DNA of 59,999 nucleotides, from positions 1-59,999 of the forward strand of contig CALQOD010000004.1 of assembly GCA_943332105.1 (NCBI GenBank). Direction: 5' to 3'. The notes under the pieces are model-generated. The model searched no databases and was not told the DNA's origin. It saw only the letters and a list, made by a program, of their open reading frames with translations. Positions 18,444 through 28,732 of this stretch are shown in pieces (the first letter of the stretch is position 1; every line of letters begins with the position of its first letter). This stretch comes from Chitinophaga pinensis (GTDB lineage: Bacteria; Bacteroidota; Bacteroidia; AKYH767-A; OLB10). Made by a program: the position numbers and the translations under genes.

Positions 18444-19893
18444 CTTTACCGTCTTTAATAGTGAAACTTAATTTTATTAATTCATCACGAATTTTATCAG
18501 AAGTTGCAAAATCTTTATTTGCTTTTGCATTAGCTCTGATGGATAATAACAAATTCATCAACCCATCTAAATCATCATCTGATTTTTTGTCTTCGCGCTT
18601 TAACCCCAAAATATCAAAAACAAAAAGATTAATTAATGATTTCAATTTGTCTATATCCCCTACCGTTAGTGTTTCTGTTCCCGCATTAGTAGAGTTGATG
18701 ATTCGTACCGCTTCAAACAAATGAGATAAAACAATAGCTGTATTTAAATCATCATTCATTGCATCAAAACATTTCTGTTCTAATTCAGATACGGAAGAAG
18801 TTGAACTAGCCGAAGGATTTAACTTTTCTAACGTATCAATAGCATTAATAATTCGCTGAAACGCTTTTTCAGCAGCTAATAATCCTTCATTTGAAAAATC
18901 AAGTGTGCTTCTATAATGAGCTTGCAATATAAAAAAACGAATTGCCATTGGCGAATATGTTTTCTCTAACAACTTATGATTACCGATAAAAAACTGTTTT
19001 AGTGTAATAAAATTACCAAGACTTTTTCCCATTTTCTGTCCGTTGATGGTAATCATATTATTGTGCATCCAGTATTTAACAGGAGCTTTTCCACACGATG
19101 CTTTTGATTGTGCTATTTCACTTTCGTGATGTGGGAATAATAAATCCATTCCGCCACCATGAATATCAAACGTCTCTCCTAAATATTTACTACTCATTGC
19201 TGAACACTCAATATGCCAACCTGGAAAACCATCACTCCACGGTGAAGGCCAGCGCATAATATGCTCAGGGCTTGCTTTTTTCCAAAGCGCAAAGTCGGCA
19301 GGATTTCTTTTTTCTGATTGACCTTCTAATTCTCTACGTTCATTTCCTGCACCGGCAATTAGTTCTTCAATTACACGACCAGATAATTTTCCATAATCGT
19401 TAGAATCGCTGTAATTAATCACATCAAAGTAAACAGAACCATTCGACTCATAGGCATATCCGTTAGCAATGATTTTTTTAATCATTTCAATTTGCTCGAT
19501 AATATGTCCTGATGCACGAGGCTCAATATTTGGTGCTTTGTTATTTAACTCACGCATTGATTCATGAAAGCTACCAGTATACAACTCTACTACTTCCATC
19601 GGCTCTAATTGTTCTAAGCGAGCCTTCTTTGCAATTTTATCTTCCCCTTCGTCTGCGTCATTTTCTAAATGTCCAACATCCGTGATATTTCTCACATAGC
19701 GAACCTTATATCCAAGGTGAGATAAATAACGAGATAAAACATCAAAAGTGATATATGGACGAGCATGTCCTAAATGCGCCTCACCATAAACAGTTGGACC
19801 GCATACATACAACCCAACAAAGGGTGCATTGATTGGAATAAAATTTTCTTTTTGTCGAGTTAACGAGTTGGTAATATAAAGCGGGTGTTGCAT
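18418..19893 (-). CDS. cysS: Cysteine--tRNA ligase
   Basis: [12 protein letters not shown] (HIGH), PGWHIEC, KMGKS. Confidence 0.98.
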   Translation of the reverse strand: MQHPLYITNSLTRQKENFIPINAPFVGLYVCGPTVYGEAHLGHARPYITFDVLSRYLSHLGYKVRYVRNITDVGHLENDADEGEDKIAKKARLEQLEPMEVVELYTGSFHESMRELNNKAPNIEPRASGHIIEQIEMIKKIIANGYAYESNGSVYFDVINYSDSNDYGKLSGRVIEELIAGAGNERRELEGQSEKRNPADFALWKKASPEHIMRWPSPWSDGFPGWHIECSAMSSKYLGETFDIHGGGMDLLFPHHESEIAQSKASCGKAPVKYWMHNNMITINGQKMGKSLGNFITLKQFFIGNHKLLEKTYSPMAIRFFILQAHYRSTLDFSNEGLLAAEKAFQRIINAIDTLEKLNPSASSTSSVSELEQKCFDAMNDDLNTAIVLSHLFEAVRIINSTNAGTETLTVGDIDKLKSLINLFVFDILGLKREDKKSDDDLDGLMNLLLSIRANAKANKDFATSDKIRDELIKLSFTIKDGKDGSIWSKN

Positions 19894-19908
19894 GTGTTCT
19901 ATCTTCGA

Positions 19909-20877
19909 TTAATGTTCTGCACTCATGCGTGCTTCTTTCAAGTGTAATAACATATCTTTTGTCATTGACGACATATCGTAGTAAGGCACCCATCCCCAAT
20001 CTTCTTGTGCGCGTGTATCATCTATTGACATTGGCCAAGTATCGGCAATTGCCTGACGGAAATCAGGTTCAAAAGAAGTTTGAAATTCAGGAATATGTTT
20101 TTTGATTTCGTTAGCAATTTCTTTCGGAGTAAAACTGATCCCAGCCAAATTGTAACTGCTCCGAATTTTTATTTTATCTGAGTCGGCATTCATCAATTCT
20201 AATGTTGCGCGAATAGCATCAGGCATATACATCATTGGCAATGCGGTATCCTCTTTCAAAAAGCAATTGTAAGAACCTTTATCGAGTGCCTGATGATAAA
20301 TATCTACTGCATAATCAGTAGTGCCACCACCTGGCTGTGCATTGTAGCCTATTAACCCTGGATAACGAATACTGCGCACATCAACCCCAAATTTATTGTA
20401 GTAATATTCACACCAGCGCTCTCCTACTTGTTTACTTATTCCGTAAACTGTTGTAGGTTCCATCAATGTAAACTGAGGTGTTTTTATTTTTGGAGTTGTA
20501 GGGCCAAATACAGCAATGCTACTTGGCCAAAACACGCGCATTCCCCCTAACTCTTTTGCGATATCAAGTACATTAAACAAGCCTTCCATATTAAGCTTCC
20601 AGGCCATTTTCATCTTTTGCTCTGCTGTTGCGCTTAACAATGCAGCTAACAAATAAACATGCTTTATCTTATTCGATCTTATTATATCAGCGATTGCTTG
20701 CCCATCCAATACATCCAGTTTATAAAATGGACCACTTTCTTTTAAGTATCCTTCCTGATCTTTTACATCGGCTGCAATAACACGATCCCCGCCTAACTCT
20801 GTTCTCAATGTGTGTACTAAGTCGGTTCCAATTTGTCCACCAGAACCAAGAATTAAAATATTATCTGAACTACTCAT
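19909..20877 (-). CDS. SDR-type L-threonine 3-dehydrogenase (NAD-dependent epimerase family)
   Basis: GSGGQIG, LLSATAE, SSIAVFG, YGISK, PGGGTTDY, RQAIADTWP. Confidence 0.85.
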   Translation of the reverse strand: MSSSDNILILGSGGQIGTDLVHTLRTELGGDRVIAADVKDQEGYLKESGPFYKLDVLDGQAIADIIRSNKIKHVYLLAALLSATAEQKMKMAWKLNMEGLFNVLDIAKELGGMRVFWPSSIAVFGPTTPKIKTPQFTLMEPTTVYGISKQVGERWCEYYYNKFGVDVRSIRYPGLIGYNAQPGGGTTDYAVDIYHQALDKGSYNCFLKEDTALPMMYMPDAIRATLELMNADSDKIKIRSSYNLAGISFTPKEIANEIKKHIPEFQTSFEPDFRQAIADTWPMSIDDTRAQEDWGWVPYYDMSSMTKDMLLHLKEARMSAEH

Positions 20878-21536
20878 TTTAAATTTTGCTGTTGAAATTT
20901 TATTTGCTGAATTACTAAATTGACACTATCGATTTCTGATATAGTTGTTTTTATTTTGATTTTATTGTCTTCGATTCTTTTTTCATTATCGCTAATTTGC
21001 CTTTTCATATTAACATTACTCTGCTCTAAATAATCGGTGTTGCTTTCCAGGCTTCTCTTGTCTTTGTTTTTTTCCTTGATAACTTTCTCTTGATCTTCAA
21101 TTTTATTTTCAAGTGCCGCGTTAGATAGTTTAACTCCCCATTCTTTAAAAAATTTAATTAGCCACGAGGATTCCTTCGGATGATTTTTTGATGATACTGA
21201 AGTGTTATCGCGCATAAAAACAGCTGCTAATTGGTATCCCGAATCAACAAGCGCTATTTTAGAAAAGACTGTGAGGGTATCACCGCCTAATCCGCCAATC
21301 ACTAAATTTTTTGCATCCACCTCTTCTTTGGACTTTTTTACTTTTGCATTATTGTCCTTTAAAAAATCAACCCATGCATCTTGTAATATGTCAAATGAAA
21401 CATGTGGAAGATAAACACGAATTGCGGTATTATATCCACCACCTAACTTTTCTAATCCTTCATCGACAATAACCGTTTGAGTATATCCAAATGAAGATAA
21501 AATCAGAAAAAATAAAAAAGAACCTGTTTTTTTCAT
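20874..21536 (-). CDS. Exported hypothetical protein with C-terminal coiled coil
   Basis: Signal peptide (GYT/Q); K/E/Q-rich heptad-like C-terminus; 4-nt overlap with the next gene. Confidence 0.75.
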   Translation of the reverse strand: MKKTGSFLFFLILSSFGYTQTVIVDEGLEKLGGGYNTAIRVYLPHVSFDILQDAWVDFLKDNNAKVKKSKEEVDAKNLVIGGLGGDTLTVFSKIALVDSGYQLAAVFMRDNTSVSSKNHPKESSWLIKFFKEWGVKLSNAALENKIEDQEKVIKEKNKDKRSLESNTDYLEQSNVNMKRQISDNEKRIEDNKIKIKTTISEIDSVNLVIQQIKFQQQNLK

Positions 21537-21537
21537 A

Positions 21538-22119
21538 TTAAATCTCTGTTACGCCTCCTGATATTACAAATTTCATCATTTCGGTTCCCGAAGCATCAAT
21601 CTTTTGAATATTCTCAGATTCAACAATTACTAATTGTCCATTAAATCCATACGAAAACGGAAGGTACACAGCCATTTTATTCTTACCTATTCCTAGTTCT
21701 GTTAAATCATTTTCGGTAATAAATCCTATCCTTTGAACGGAGGGATTATTATTCATTGTTACCAGAACAGGTTGTGTAAATCGTTTCTTCTCTCCAACAA
21801 ACGCCTCTATTAAATCTTTTACTGAAGAGTATATTAATTTTAAGAGTGGTGTTCTTTCTATCAATCCTTCGAAAATAGCAAATACCGGATTTCGAACAAA
21901 TCGAGTTCCTATATAGCCAGCAGCTGTTATAATTGCTGCAATTATCAAAATGCCGAGCCCTGGCAAATAAAAGCTTTCAGCGCCAGGAATGCGAATGGGA
22001 ATTTTTATTGGCAGCAAACCATCGAGCCATACGACAGCATTAATTACGACGAATAATGTAACCGCAATAGGCACTACAAAAAGAAGTCCTTGTAAAAAGT
22101 AATTGATCAGTTTTTTCAT
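21538..22119 (-). CDS. DUF502 family membrane protein
   Basis: FLQGLLFVVP, PLLKLIYSSVKD, AVYLP.SY.F.G, KFVISGG. Confidence 0.88.
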   Translation of the reverse strand: MKKLINYFLQGLLFVVPIAVTLFVVINAVVWLDGLLPIKIPIRIPGAESFYLPGLGILIIAAIITAAGYIGTRFVRNPVFAIFEGLIERTPLLKLIYSSVKDLIEAFVGEKKRFTQPVLVTMNNNPSVQRIGFITENDLTELGIGKNKMAVYLPFSYGFNGQLVIVESENIQKIDASGTEMMKFVISGGVTEI

Positions 22120-22221
22120 GTAGATAATTTAGCTGTGCAAATATCAGAAATTGTAATGGGCAAGCCATAAAATATTGAAAATATATACCTCTTATGGAAG
22201 ACTATTTTGCATCTTTGAGCC

Positions 22222-23412
22222 GTGAACAGGCTTGATCTGATAAAAAACAAAGAAATCCTTTCTATAATAAACGAGAATAAGGATAAAAATGTGGCTTCAC
22301 TTGCCTTAAAATGGGCTGCAAACAAGAATGATAGTACTCAGTTCATTTTAACACAGATCCGTGGAAGATCCATTGCCGAAAGAAAAATTCCCTCTTGGTT
22401 GCAGCATGAAGCTATTATATATCCGGATAAAACAGCAATGGAACAATGCTCATCGGAGCTTACCGCACGCTTTAAATCTGAGCTATTAAAAGGGTTACAA
22501 GTTGCAGATTTAACTGGGGGTTTAGGAGTTGACTGTTATTTTATTAGTCTAAAAGCAAAAAGCGTTCTTTATGTTGAACCTGATTTAACCCGTTTTGAAA
22601 TTACGGAACACAACTTTTCGGTTTTAGGCGTACAAAACACTTCTTTTTACCATACAACCGCTGAAAAATTTTTGGATTACCAAGGTCTCGCCTCTTTGGA
22701 TTATGTTTACATCGATCCTTCGAGAAGAAATGAAAACCAAAACAAGGTTTTTATGCTTAAAGATATGCAACCCGATTTGCGTCATATCATTGATTATTTA
22801 AAAAAATTTAATGCGCAGTTGCTTATTAAGCTATCGCCAATGCTTGATATTAAATCGGCTTTAAAAGAACTAGAAGGTGTAAAAGATGTTTATATAATCA
22901 GCGTTGGTGATGAATGTAAAGAACTTTTGTTTACTATCGACTTTAAATTTGATGGCAAAAAATCCATCAAATGTGTGAATATTACGAATGAAAAAATATG
23001 GAATTTTGATTATTTATTGGAAGAAGAAAGCAAATCTTTTGAAGTAACAGAAATTTTTAAATATATATATGATCCGTTTTCATCCTTAAATAAAGGAGGC
23101 GGATTTAAATCACTGGCTAACAAATTTTCATTGAATAAAATCAGTAGCAATACACATCTTTTTACCAGTGAAAATATGCTTGATGATTTTTTCGGAAACT
23201 GCTTTGAAGTAGAACGCGTGGATGATTTTTCATCGAAAGAATTTACAACAATCGAAAATAAAAAAGGTGTGATTAAAATCAGAAATTTCAGGATGTCTCA
23301 AAGTGAAATTGAAAAGAAAACCAAGATTACCTACGGTCCTGATTATTTTTATTTCTTTTATTCGGATGCGGCTAATAGAATGAAAGTGGCTACTACTAGA
23401 AAAGTATATTAA
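22222..23412 (+). CDS. SAM-dependent methyltransferase with THUMP-like C-terminal domain (GTG start)
   Basis: EQCSSE.TA, DLTGGLGVD, IDPSRR, IKLSPMLD. Confidence 0.82.
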   Translation: MNRLDLIKNKEILSIINENKDKNVASLALKWAANKNDSTQFILTQIRGRSIAERKIPSWLQHEAIIYPDKTAMEQCSSELTARFKSELLKGLQVADLTGGLGVDCYFISLKAKSVLYVEPDLTRFEITEHNFSVLGVQNTSFYHTTAEKFLDYQGLASLDYVYIDPSRRNENQNKVFMLKDMQPDLRHIIDYLKKFNAQLLIKLSPMLDIKSALKELEGVKDVYIISVGDECKELLFTIDFKFDGKKSIKCVNITNEKIWNFDYLLEEESKSFEVTEIFKYIYDPFSSLNKGGGFKSLANKFSLNKISSNTHLFTSENMLDDFFGNCFEVERVDDFSSKEFTTIENKKGVIKIRNFRMSQSEIEKKTKITYGPDYFYFFYSDAANRMKVATTRKVY

Positions 23413-23768
23413 TCATTGAATTGCTCGTACTCTAGTTTACACTTTTTTGTAAACCCCTTTATCACCATTTCGTAGCTATGGTCTATGAGCTGATAAATTA
23501 ATTTATCTGTTGCATCGTCTTTAAATAAAACCGTATTCCAATGCTTGTTGTTCATATGATATCCTGAGCGCACACTTGTATGCCTCTCTCGTAACTCAAT
23601 TGCATATTCGGGATCGCATTTTAAATTTACACTATCAGGCTCCGAGATACTCGCCAGGGCAAACATTTTTCCCATCACTTTAAAAACAAGAGTGTCTTCA
23701 TCAAACGGAAATGACTCAGTAACGGCCTTTTTCGCAATGCAGTATAGTCTTAATTCTTCAATATTCAT
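23409..23768 (-). CDS. MmcQ/YjbR family DNA-binding protein
   Basis: FPFDEDTLVFKVMGKMFA, LKCDP, GYHMNNKHWN. Confidence 0.92.
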   Translation of the reverse strand: MNIEELRLYCIAKKAVTESFPFDEDTLVFKVMGKMFALASISEPDSVNLKCDPEYAIELRERHTSVRSGYHMNNKHWNTVLFKDDATDKLIYQLIDHSYEMVIKGFTKKCKLEYEQFND

Positions 23769-23782
23769 TTATTTTTTTTTTA

Positions 23783-23790
23783 CAAAGGTA
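23783..23790 (-). promoter_or_regulatory. -7 box (TACCTTTG) for the yjbR-like gene, in the 65-nt divergent gap with polA
   Basis: Exact TAnnTTTG match on the minus strand. Confidence 0.6.
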
Positions 23791-23833
23791 CTAACACCTT
23801 TTGCATTTAACTTTAGGCCTTCAAATAACAGAA

Positions 23834-26641
23834 ATGACACAAGACCATCCTAAAAAACTCTTTTTGCTTGATGCCTTTGCCCTTGTTTACAGAGCTTATT
23901 TTGCTTTCAGCACAAACCATCGGGTAAATTCAAAAGGGTTAAATACATCTGCTATGTTTGGCTTTACCAATACATTACTAGAAGTATTAAAAAAAGAAAA
24001 ACCCACACATATTGCTGTTGTGTTTGATACATCAGCTCCTACGCACAGACATATTGCTTTTGAGGCTTATAAGGCCCATCGCGAAGAAATGCCTGAAGAT
24101 TTAAGAAAGTCTATTCCATACATTAAAGAAATAATTCGCTGTTTTAATATTCCAGTTATTGAGTTAGATGGTTTTGAAGCAGATGATATTATCGGATCAT
24201 TCTCCATTAAAGCTGAGCAAGCAGGGTTTGTTACCTACATGATGACGCCTGATAAAGACTATGGACAAATGGTAACGGACAAAGTTTTGATTTATAAGCC
24301 AGCTCGCAGCGGCGCAGGTGCGGAGGTATTGGGGGTAAAGGAAATATGTGCTCGTTATGGTATTCAAAGACCCAATCAAGTAATTGATATTCTTGGTTTG
24401 ATGGGCGATTCAGTAGATAATATTCCTGGGGTTCCTGGGGTAGGAGAGAAAACTGCAACTACCCTTATTCAGCAATATGGAACAATTGAAAATTTATACA
24501 ACCATACAGATCAATTAAAAGGGAAACTAAAAGAAAAAGTTGAGGCAAATAAAGAGATAGCTTTTTTGTCGCGACAACTAGCTACTATACACTGCGATGT
24601 GCCTTTGGCTTTTAACGAAGATGAATTAGCCATTAAAGAAGTAAATAAAGAAGGAATTCGTAATCTGTTTAACGAATTAGAATTTCGTCGTTTAGGGCAA
24701 ATTATTTTAGGGGAAGTAATTGAAGCTCCAGTAGAGATTAAAAACGGACAACAAGATTTGTTTGCTCCAGCAACTACGGCTAGCCCTTCCGTTATAACCG
24801 AAGAAGCGCCTACTGAATCGATTACTTATAGCACTATAAAGAATACTCCCCACGAATATAAAATAGTTGACACAATTGAAGGATATCAGTCGTTAGCAAA
24901 AGAGTTGTTAAGTGCCGCGGAAGTAAGTTTTGATACCGAAACTACAGGGATAGATGCCAATCAGGTAGAGCTTGTAGGATTATCTTTTTCGATTAAAGAG
25001 CACGAAGGCTGGTATGTTCCAGTTCCTGCAAGCATGGATCAGGCAAAAGCTATATTATCTTACTTTAAACCTTTTTATGAGCATGGTTCCATTCGTAAAA
25101 TAGGACAGAACTTAAAATACGATATAACAGTATTAAAGTGGTATGATGTAGCTGTTAAAGGGCCATTGTTTGATACCATGGTGGCGCATTATTTAATTCA
25201 ACCGGAGATGCGTCATAATATGAATGTGCTCGCAGAAACCTATTTGCAATACGCACCTGTTTCTATTGAAGAACTGATAGGAAAGAAGGGAAAAGATCAA
25301 ATGAGCATGCGATTTGTGGATACAGCAACAATTGCGGAATATGCTGCAGAAGACGCAGATGTCACACTACAATTGAAGAAGAAATTTGAACCAATGCTTC
25401 ATGATACAAACACTGAAAAATTATATCACGAAGTAGAAGAGCCGTTAATTTTTGTTTTAGGTGCAATGGAGCGAGAAGGTATTAGGTTAGATGTTGATGT
25501 CTTGAAGGGCTTAAGTAAGTCTTTAGAGGAAGAGATTAAATCGGTTGATAAAGAAATTCAGGTTTTGGCAGGAACACCATTTAATATTTCATCGCCTAAG
25601 CAAGTAGGAGATATTTTATTTGAAGTATTGAAAATAGTTGATAAACCTAAGAAGACTAAAACAGGTCAGTATGCAACTGGAGAAGACATTTTATCAAAGC
25701 TTACAGGTAAACATCCTATCGTAGATAAAATTTTAGATTACCGAGAATTAGTAAAATTAAAGAGCACTTACGTTGATGCCTTACCGCAAATGGTCAATGC
25801 AAGAACGGGAAGAATTCATACTTCCTTTAATCAGGTAGTAGCTGTTACAGGTCGTTTAAGTTCTGACAATCCTAACCTTCAAAATATTCCTATTCGAACT
25901 GAGAGAGGAAGGGAGATTAGAAAGGCTTTTGTGCCTCGTAACGAAGAGTATGTTTTACTCTCAGCCGATTATTCGCAAATTGAATTACGCATTATGGCTG
26001 AGCTATGCAAAGATCCTGGATTATTAGACGCTTTTCATAATAATCTGGATGTCCATACTGCAACAGCATCTAAGGTTTTTGGAGTGACTTTAGAAGATGT
26101 TACTTCCGATATGCGTCGTAAAGCGAAAATGGTGAACTTCGGAATTATCTATGGTATTAGCGCCTTCGGATTAAGTGAACGATTAAACATTCCCCGTAAA
26201 GAGGCAGCTGAAATTATTGATCAGTATTTTATCAAGTATCCATACATCAAAGAATTTATGGATAGCAGCATCGCGCAAGCAAAAGAAAAAGGATATGTTG
26301 AAACCATTTTAGGAAGAAGGAGATACCTGCGCGATATTAATTCGAACAATGCAACTGTTCGTGGCTTTGCAGAACGCAACGCGATTAACGCACCAATACA
26401 AGGTTCTGCGGCTGATATGATCAAGCTTGCTATGATTCATCTTAACAAGGCGATGACGGAGATGAATTTAAAATCGAAGATGTTATTGCAAGTACATGAT
26501 GAATTGGTATTTGATGTTTATTTGCCAGAATTAGAAACAATGAAGAGTTTGGTAGCAGATAAAATGAAGCACGCCTTACCGTTAAGTGTGCCTGTAGAAG
26601 TAGAAATTGGAACAGGCAAAAACTGGCTCGAAGCACATTAA
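23834..26641 (+). CDS. polA: DNA polymerase I
   Basis: 5' nuclease (LLDA..LVYRAY, EADD, GDSVDNIPGVPGVGEKTA), 3'-5' exo FDTETTG, polymerase DYSQIELR, KMVNFGIIYG, QVHDELVF. ATG 23834 preferred over TTG 23801. Confidence 0.97.
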   Translation: MTQDHPKKLFLLDAFALVYRAYFAFSTNHRVNSKGLNTSAMFGFTNTLLEVLKKEKPTHIAVVFDTSAPTHRHIAFEAYKAHREEMPEDLRKSIPYIKEIIRCFNIPVIELDGFEADDIIGSFSIKAEQAGFVTYMMTPDKDYGQMVTDKVLIYKPARSGAGAEVLGVKEICARYGIQRPNQVIDILGLMGDSVDNIPGVPGVGEKTATTLIQQYGTIENLYNHTDQLKGKLKEKVEANKEIAFLSRQLATIHCDVPLAFNEDELAIKEVNKEGIRNLFNELEFRRLGQIILGEVIEAPVEIKNGQQDLFAPATTASPSVITEEAPTESITYSTIKNTPHEYKIVDTIEGYQSLAKELLSAAEVSFDTETTGIDANQVELVGLSFSIKEHEGWYVPVPASMDQAKAILSYFKPFYEHGSIRKIGQNLKYDITVLKWYDVAVKGPLFDTMVAHYLIQPEMRHNMNVLAETYLQYAPVSIEELIGKKGKDQMSMRFVDTATIAEYAAEDADVTLQLKKKFEPMLHDTNTEKLYHEVEEPLIFVLGAMEREGIRLDVDVLKGLSKSLEEEIKSVDKEIQVLAGTPFNISSPKQVGDILFEVLKIVDKPKKTKTGQYATGEDILSKLTGKHPIVDKILDYRELVKLKSTYVDALPQMVNARTGRIHTSFNQVVAVTGRLSSDNPNLQNIPIRTERGREIRKAFVPRNEEYVLLSADYSQIELRIMAELCKDPGLLDAFHNNLDVHTATASKVFGVTLEDVTSDMRRKAKMVNFGIIYGISAFGLSERLNIPRKEAAEIIDQYFIKYPYIKEFMDSSIAQAKEKGYVETILGRRRYLRDINSNNATVRGFAERNAINAPIQGSAADMIKLAMIHLNKAMTEMNLKSKMLLQVHDELVFDVYLPELETMKSLVADKMKHALPLSVPVEVEIGTGKNWLEAH

Positions 26642-26694
26642 TAAAATATAGTTCTAATATTTAATTGGACTACATTTGCATAACAAATCATTTT

Positions 26695-28242
26695 ATGTCG
26701 GATAAAACAGTACAACTCGAAAATCAAATTGCACTGGCACAATTAGGTGGCGGTGAAAAGCGAATAGAAGCACAACACAAAAAAGGAAAGCTTACTGCTC
26801 GCGAGCGATTGCATTTTTTAATGGATGAAAATTCTTTCGAAGAAATTGGAATGCTTGTAACACATCGATCTACTGAATTTGGTTTAGATCGTGAAAAATA
26901 TTTAGGTGATGGTGTTGTTACTGGCTATGGGACAATAAATGGGCGTTTAGTTTATGTATACGCTCAAGACTTTACCATTTTTGGTGGTTCCTTATCTGAA
27001 TCGCATGCCGAAAAAATTTGTCGCATTATGGACCTTGCGATGCAAAACGGGGCACCTGTTATCGGATTAAATGATTCGGGTGGAGCAAGGATTCAAGAAG
27101 GCGTTGTATCGTTAGGCGGCTATGCAGATATATTTTACCGCAACACAATGGCATCGGGAGTAATTCCACAGATCAGTGCTATTATGGGACCATGTGCTGG
27201 TGGCGCTGTTTATTCGCCTGCCATTACTGATTTTATCATGATGGTAGAAAATACTAGCTACATGTTTGTTACTGGTCCGAATGTGGTAAAAACTGTTACG
27301 CACGAAGAAGTAACGAGTGAAGAACTAGGAGGCGCTTTTACACATAGTTCTAAATCGGGAGTAACTCATTTTTCTTGTGCGAATGAAATTGAATGTATTC
27401 AAAACATCAAACGATTACTAAGTTATATTCCATCAAATTGCGAAGAAGGTGCACTTGCATTACCGTATACTGAAGGCGATGAAACAAGAGTCGCTTTAAA
27501 TTCAATTATTCCAGATAACCCTAACCAGCCTTATGATATCAGAGAAGTAATTGAGCATGTAATTGACGATGATGGCGAAGGGTTTTTTGAAGTGCATAAA
27601 AACTTTGCGGAAAATATAGTTGTAGGCTTTGCGCGATTAGGTGGTAAATCGATTGGCATTGTTGCTAATCAGCCAGCATTTTTAGCAGGTGTATTAGATA
27701 TTAACTCCTCCACGAAGGCAGCACGATTTGTTCGCTTTTGCGATTGCTTTAATATTCCTTTATTAGTGCTTGAAGATGTTCCAGGGTTTCTTCCAGGTAC
27801 CGATCAAGAGTGGAATGGTATTATTACCAATGGAGCCAAATTGTTATTTGCGTTTAGCGAGGCAACTGTTCCGCGTATCACAGTGATTACACGTAAAGCC
27901 TATGGTGGTGCTTATGATGTAATGAACTCGAAACATATTGGTGCCGATATGAACTACGCATGGCCAACTGCAGAAATTGCGGTAATGGGCGCACGGGGTG
28001 CTGCAGAAATTATTTTCAAGAATGAAATTGCGGCGGCTTCTGATCCTCAACAAAAATTAAAAGAGAAAGAAGAAGAATACATTAATCACTTTGCGAATCC
28101 ATATAGAGCTGCTGAGCGCGGATATGTAGATGAGGTGATTATGCCGGAGGCAACGAGAAGTAAATTGATTAAATCATTTAAAATGTTAGAAAATAAAGTT
28201 GTTAAATTACCGAAGAAGAAACACGGGAATATTCCATTGTAA
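26695..28242 (+). CDS. pccB: Acyl-CoA (probably propionyl-CoA) carboxylase beta subunit
   Basis: GKLTARER, DSGGARIQEG, GPCAGGAVYSPA, DVPGFLPG, KKHGNIPL. ATG 26695 preferred because the TACATTTG box (26671-26678) lies downstream of the TTG at 26665. Confidence 0.9.
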   Translation: MSDKTVQLENQIALAQLGGGEKRIEAQHKKGKLTARERLHFLMDENSFEEIGMLVTHRSTEFGLDREKYLGDGVVTGYGTINGRLVYVYAQDFTIFGGSLSESHAEKICRIMDLAMQNGAPVIGLNDSGGARIQEGVVSLGGYADIFYRNTMASGVIPQISAIMGPCAGGAVYSPAITDFIMMVENTSYMFVTGPNVVKTVTHEEVTSEELGGAFTHSSKSGVTHFSCANEIECIQNIKRLLSYIPSNCEEGALALPYTEGDETRVALNSIIPDNPNQPYDIREVIEHVIDDDGEGFFEVHKNFAENIVVGFARLGGKSIGIVANQPAFLAGVLDINSSTKAARFVRFCDCFNIPLLVLEDVPGFLPGTDQEWNGIITNGAKLLFAFSEATVPRITVITRKAYGGAYDVMNSKHIGADMNYAWPTAEIAVMGARGAAEIIFKNEIAAASDPQQKLKEKEEEYINHFANPYRAAERGYVDEVIMPEATRSKLIKSFKMLENKVVKLPKKKHGNIPL

Positions 28243-28258
28243 AAAATCAAACACCAAT

Positions 28259-28291
28259 AAAAAATCCCGGGGAACTACCTCGGGATTTTTT
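28259..28291. terminator. Bidirectional intrinsic terminator
   Basis: AAAAAATCCCGGGG-aacta-CCTCGGGATTTTTT between convergent genes. Confidence 0.85.
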
Positions 28292-28310
28292 GGTTTAAAG
28301 AGAACGATGT

Positions 28311-28577
28311 TTAATTCAATATTAATTCGTCAATTGATATGTTTGGCAGATAAGCATCTACAATACGACTTGATGTTGTTGCTGCTATTTTAGCGATGCG
28401 ATTACGCTTTACATGATACCATAGCTGAATATAATAGCCATTCATGTAATACAAGTTCACACGGTAGTAGCTGTTTTGGCGGACCATTAAAAAGTTAGCA
28501 TCGTGCCATACATGCCAGGCTTTCTCATCAAAATTGAGAATATTAAACTTTTCTACGGTAGGTGCGTCTGTAATCAT
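28311..28577 (-). CDS. Small hypothetical protein (88 aa)
   Basis: ATG 28577 (MITDAPT) with A-rich context; FN.L...EK...VW...FL..R......V.LY....YY....Y pattern resembles an uncharacterised Bacteroidota small-protein family (from memory). Confidence 0.68.
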   Translation of the reverse strand: MITDAPTVEKFNILNFDEKAWHVWHDANFLMVRQNSYYRVNLYYMNGYYIQLWYHVKRNRIAKIAATTSSRIVDAYLPNISIDELILN

Positions 28578-28681
28578 CTTATGTTTTTTGATGATACAAT
28601 AATGCAATTGAATAAGCGGATTACCCTTTCAATTTTGGTTAATATCCTAAAAAAATGGGTTAAAAGCGGTTTGGCATCAAT

Positions 28682-28711
28682 AAAAAATCCCGAGGCTAAA
28701 GCTCGGGATTT
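28682..28711 (-). terminator. Intrinsic terminator of the lamin-tail T9SS gene
   Basis: AAAAAATCCCGAG-gctaaag-CTCGGGATTT; T tract follows on the minus strand. Confidence 0.82.
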
Positions 28712-28732
28712 CTCAAAATTATGCTTTTACGA

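Noticed and set aside
28613-28650. Two weak palindromes upstream of the small hypothetical gene as regulator boxes
   Set aside because: Symmetry is poor and the two sites barely resemble each other.
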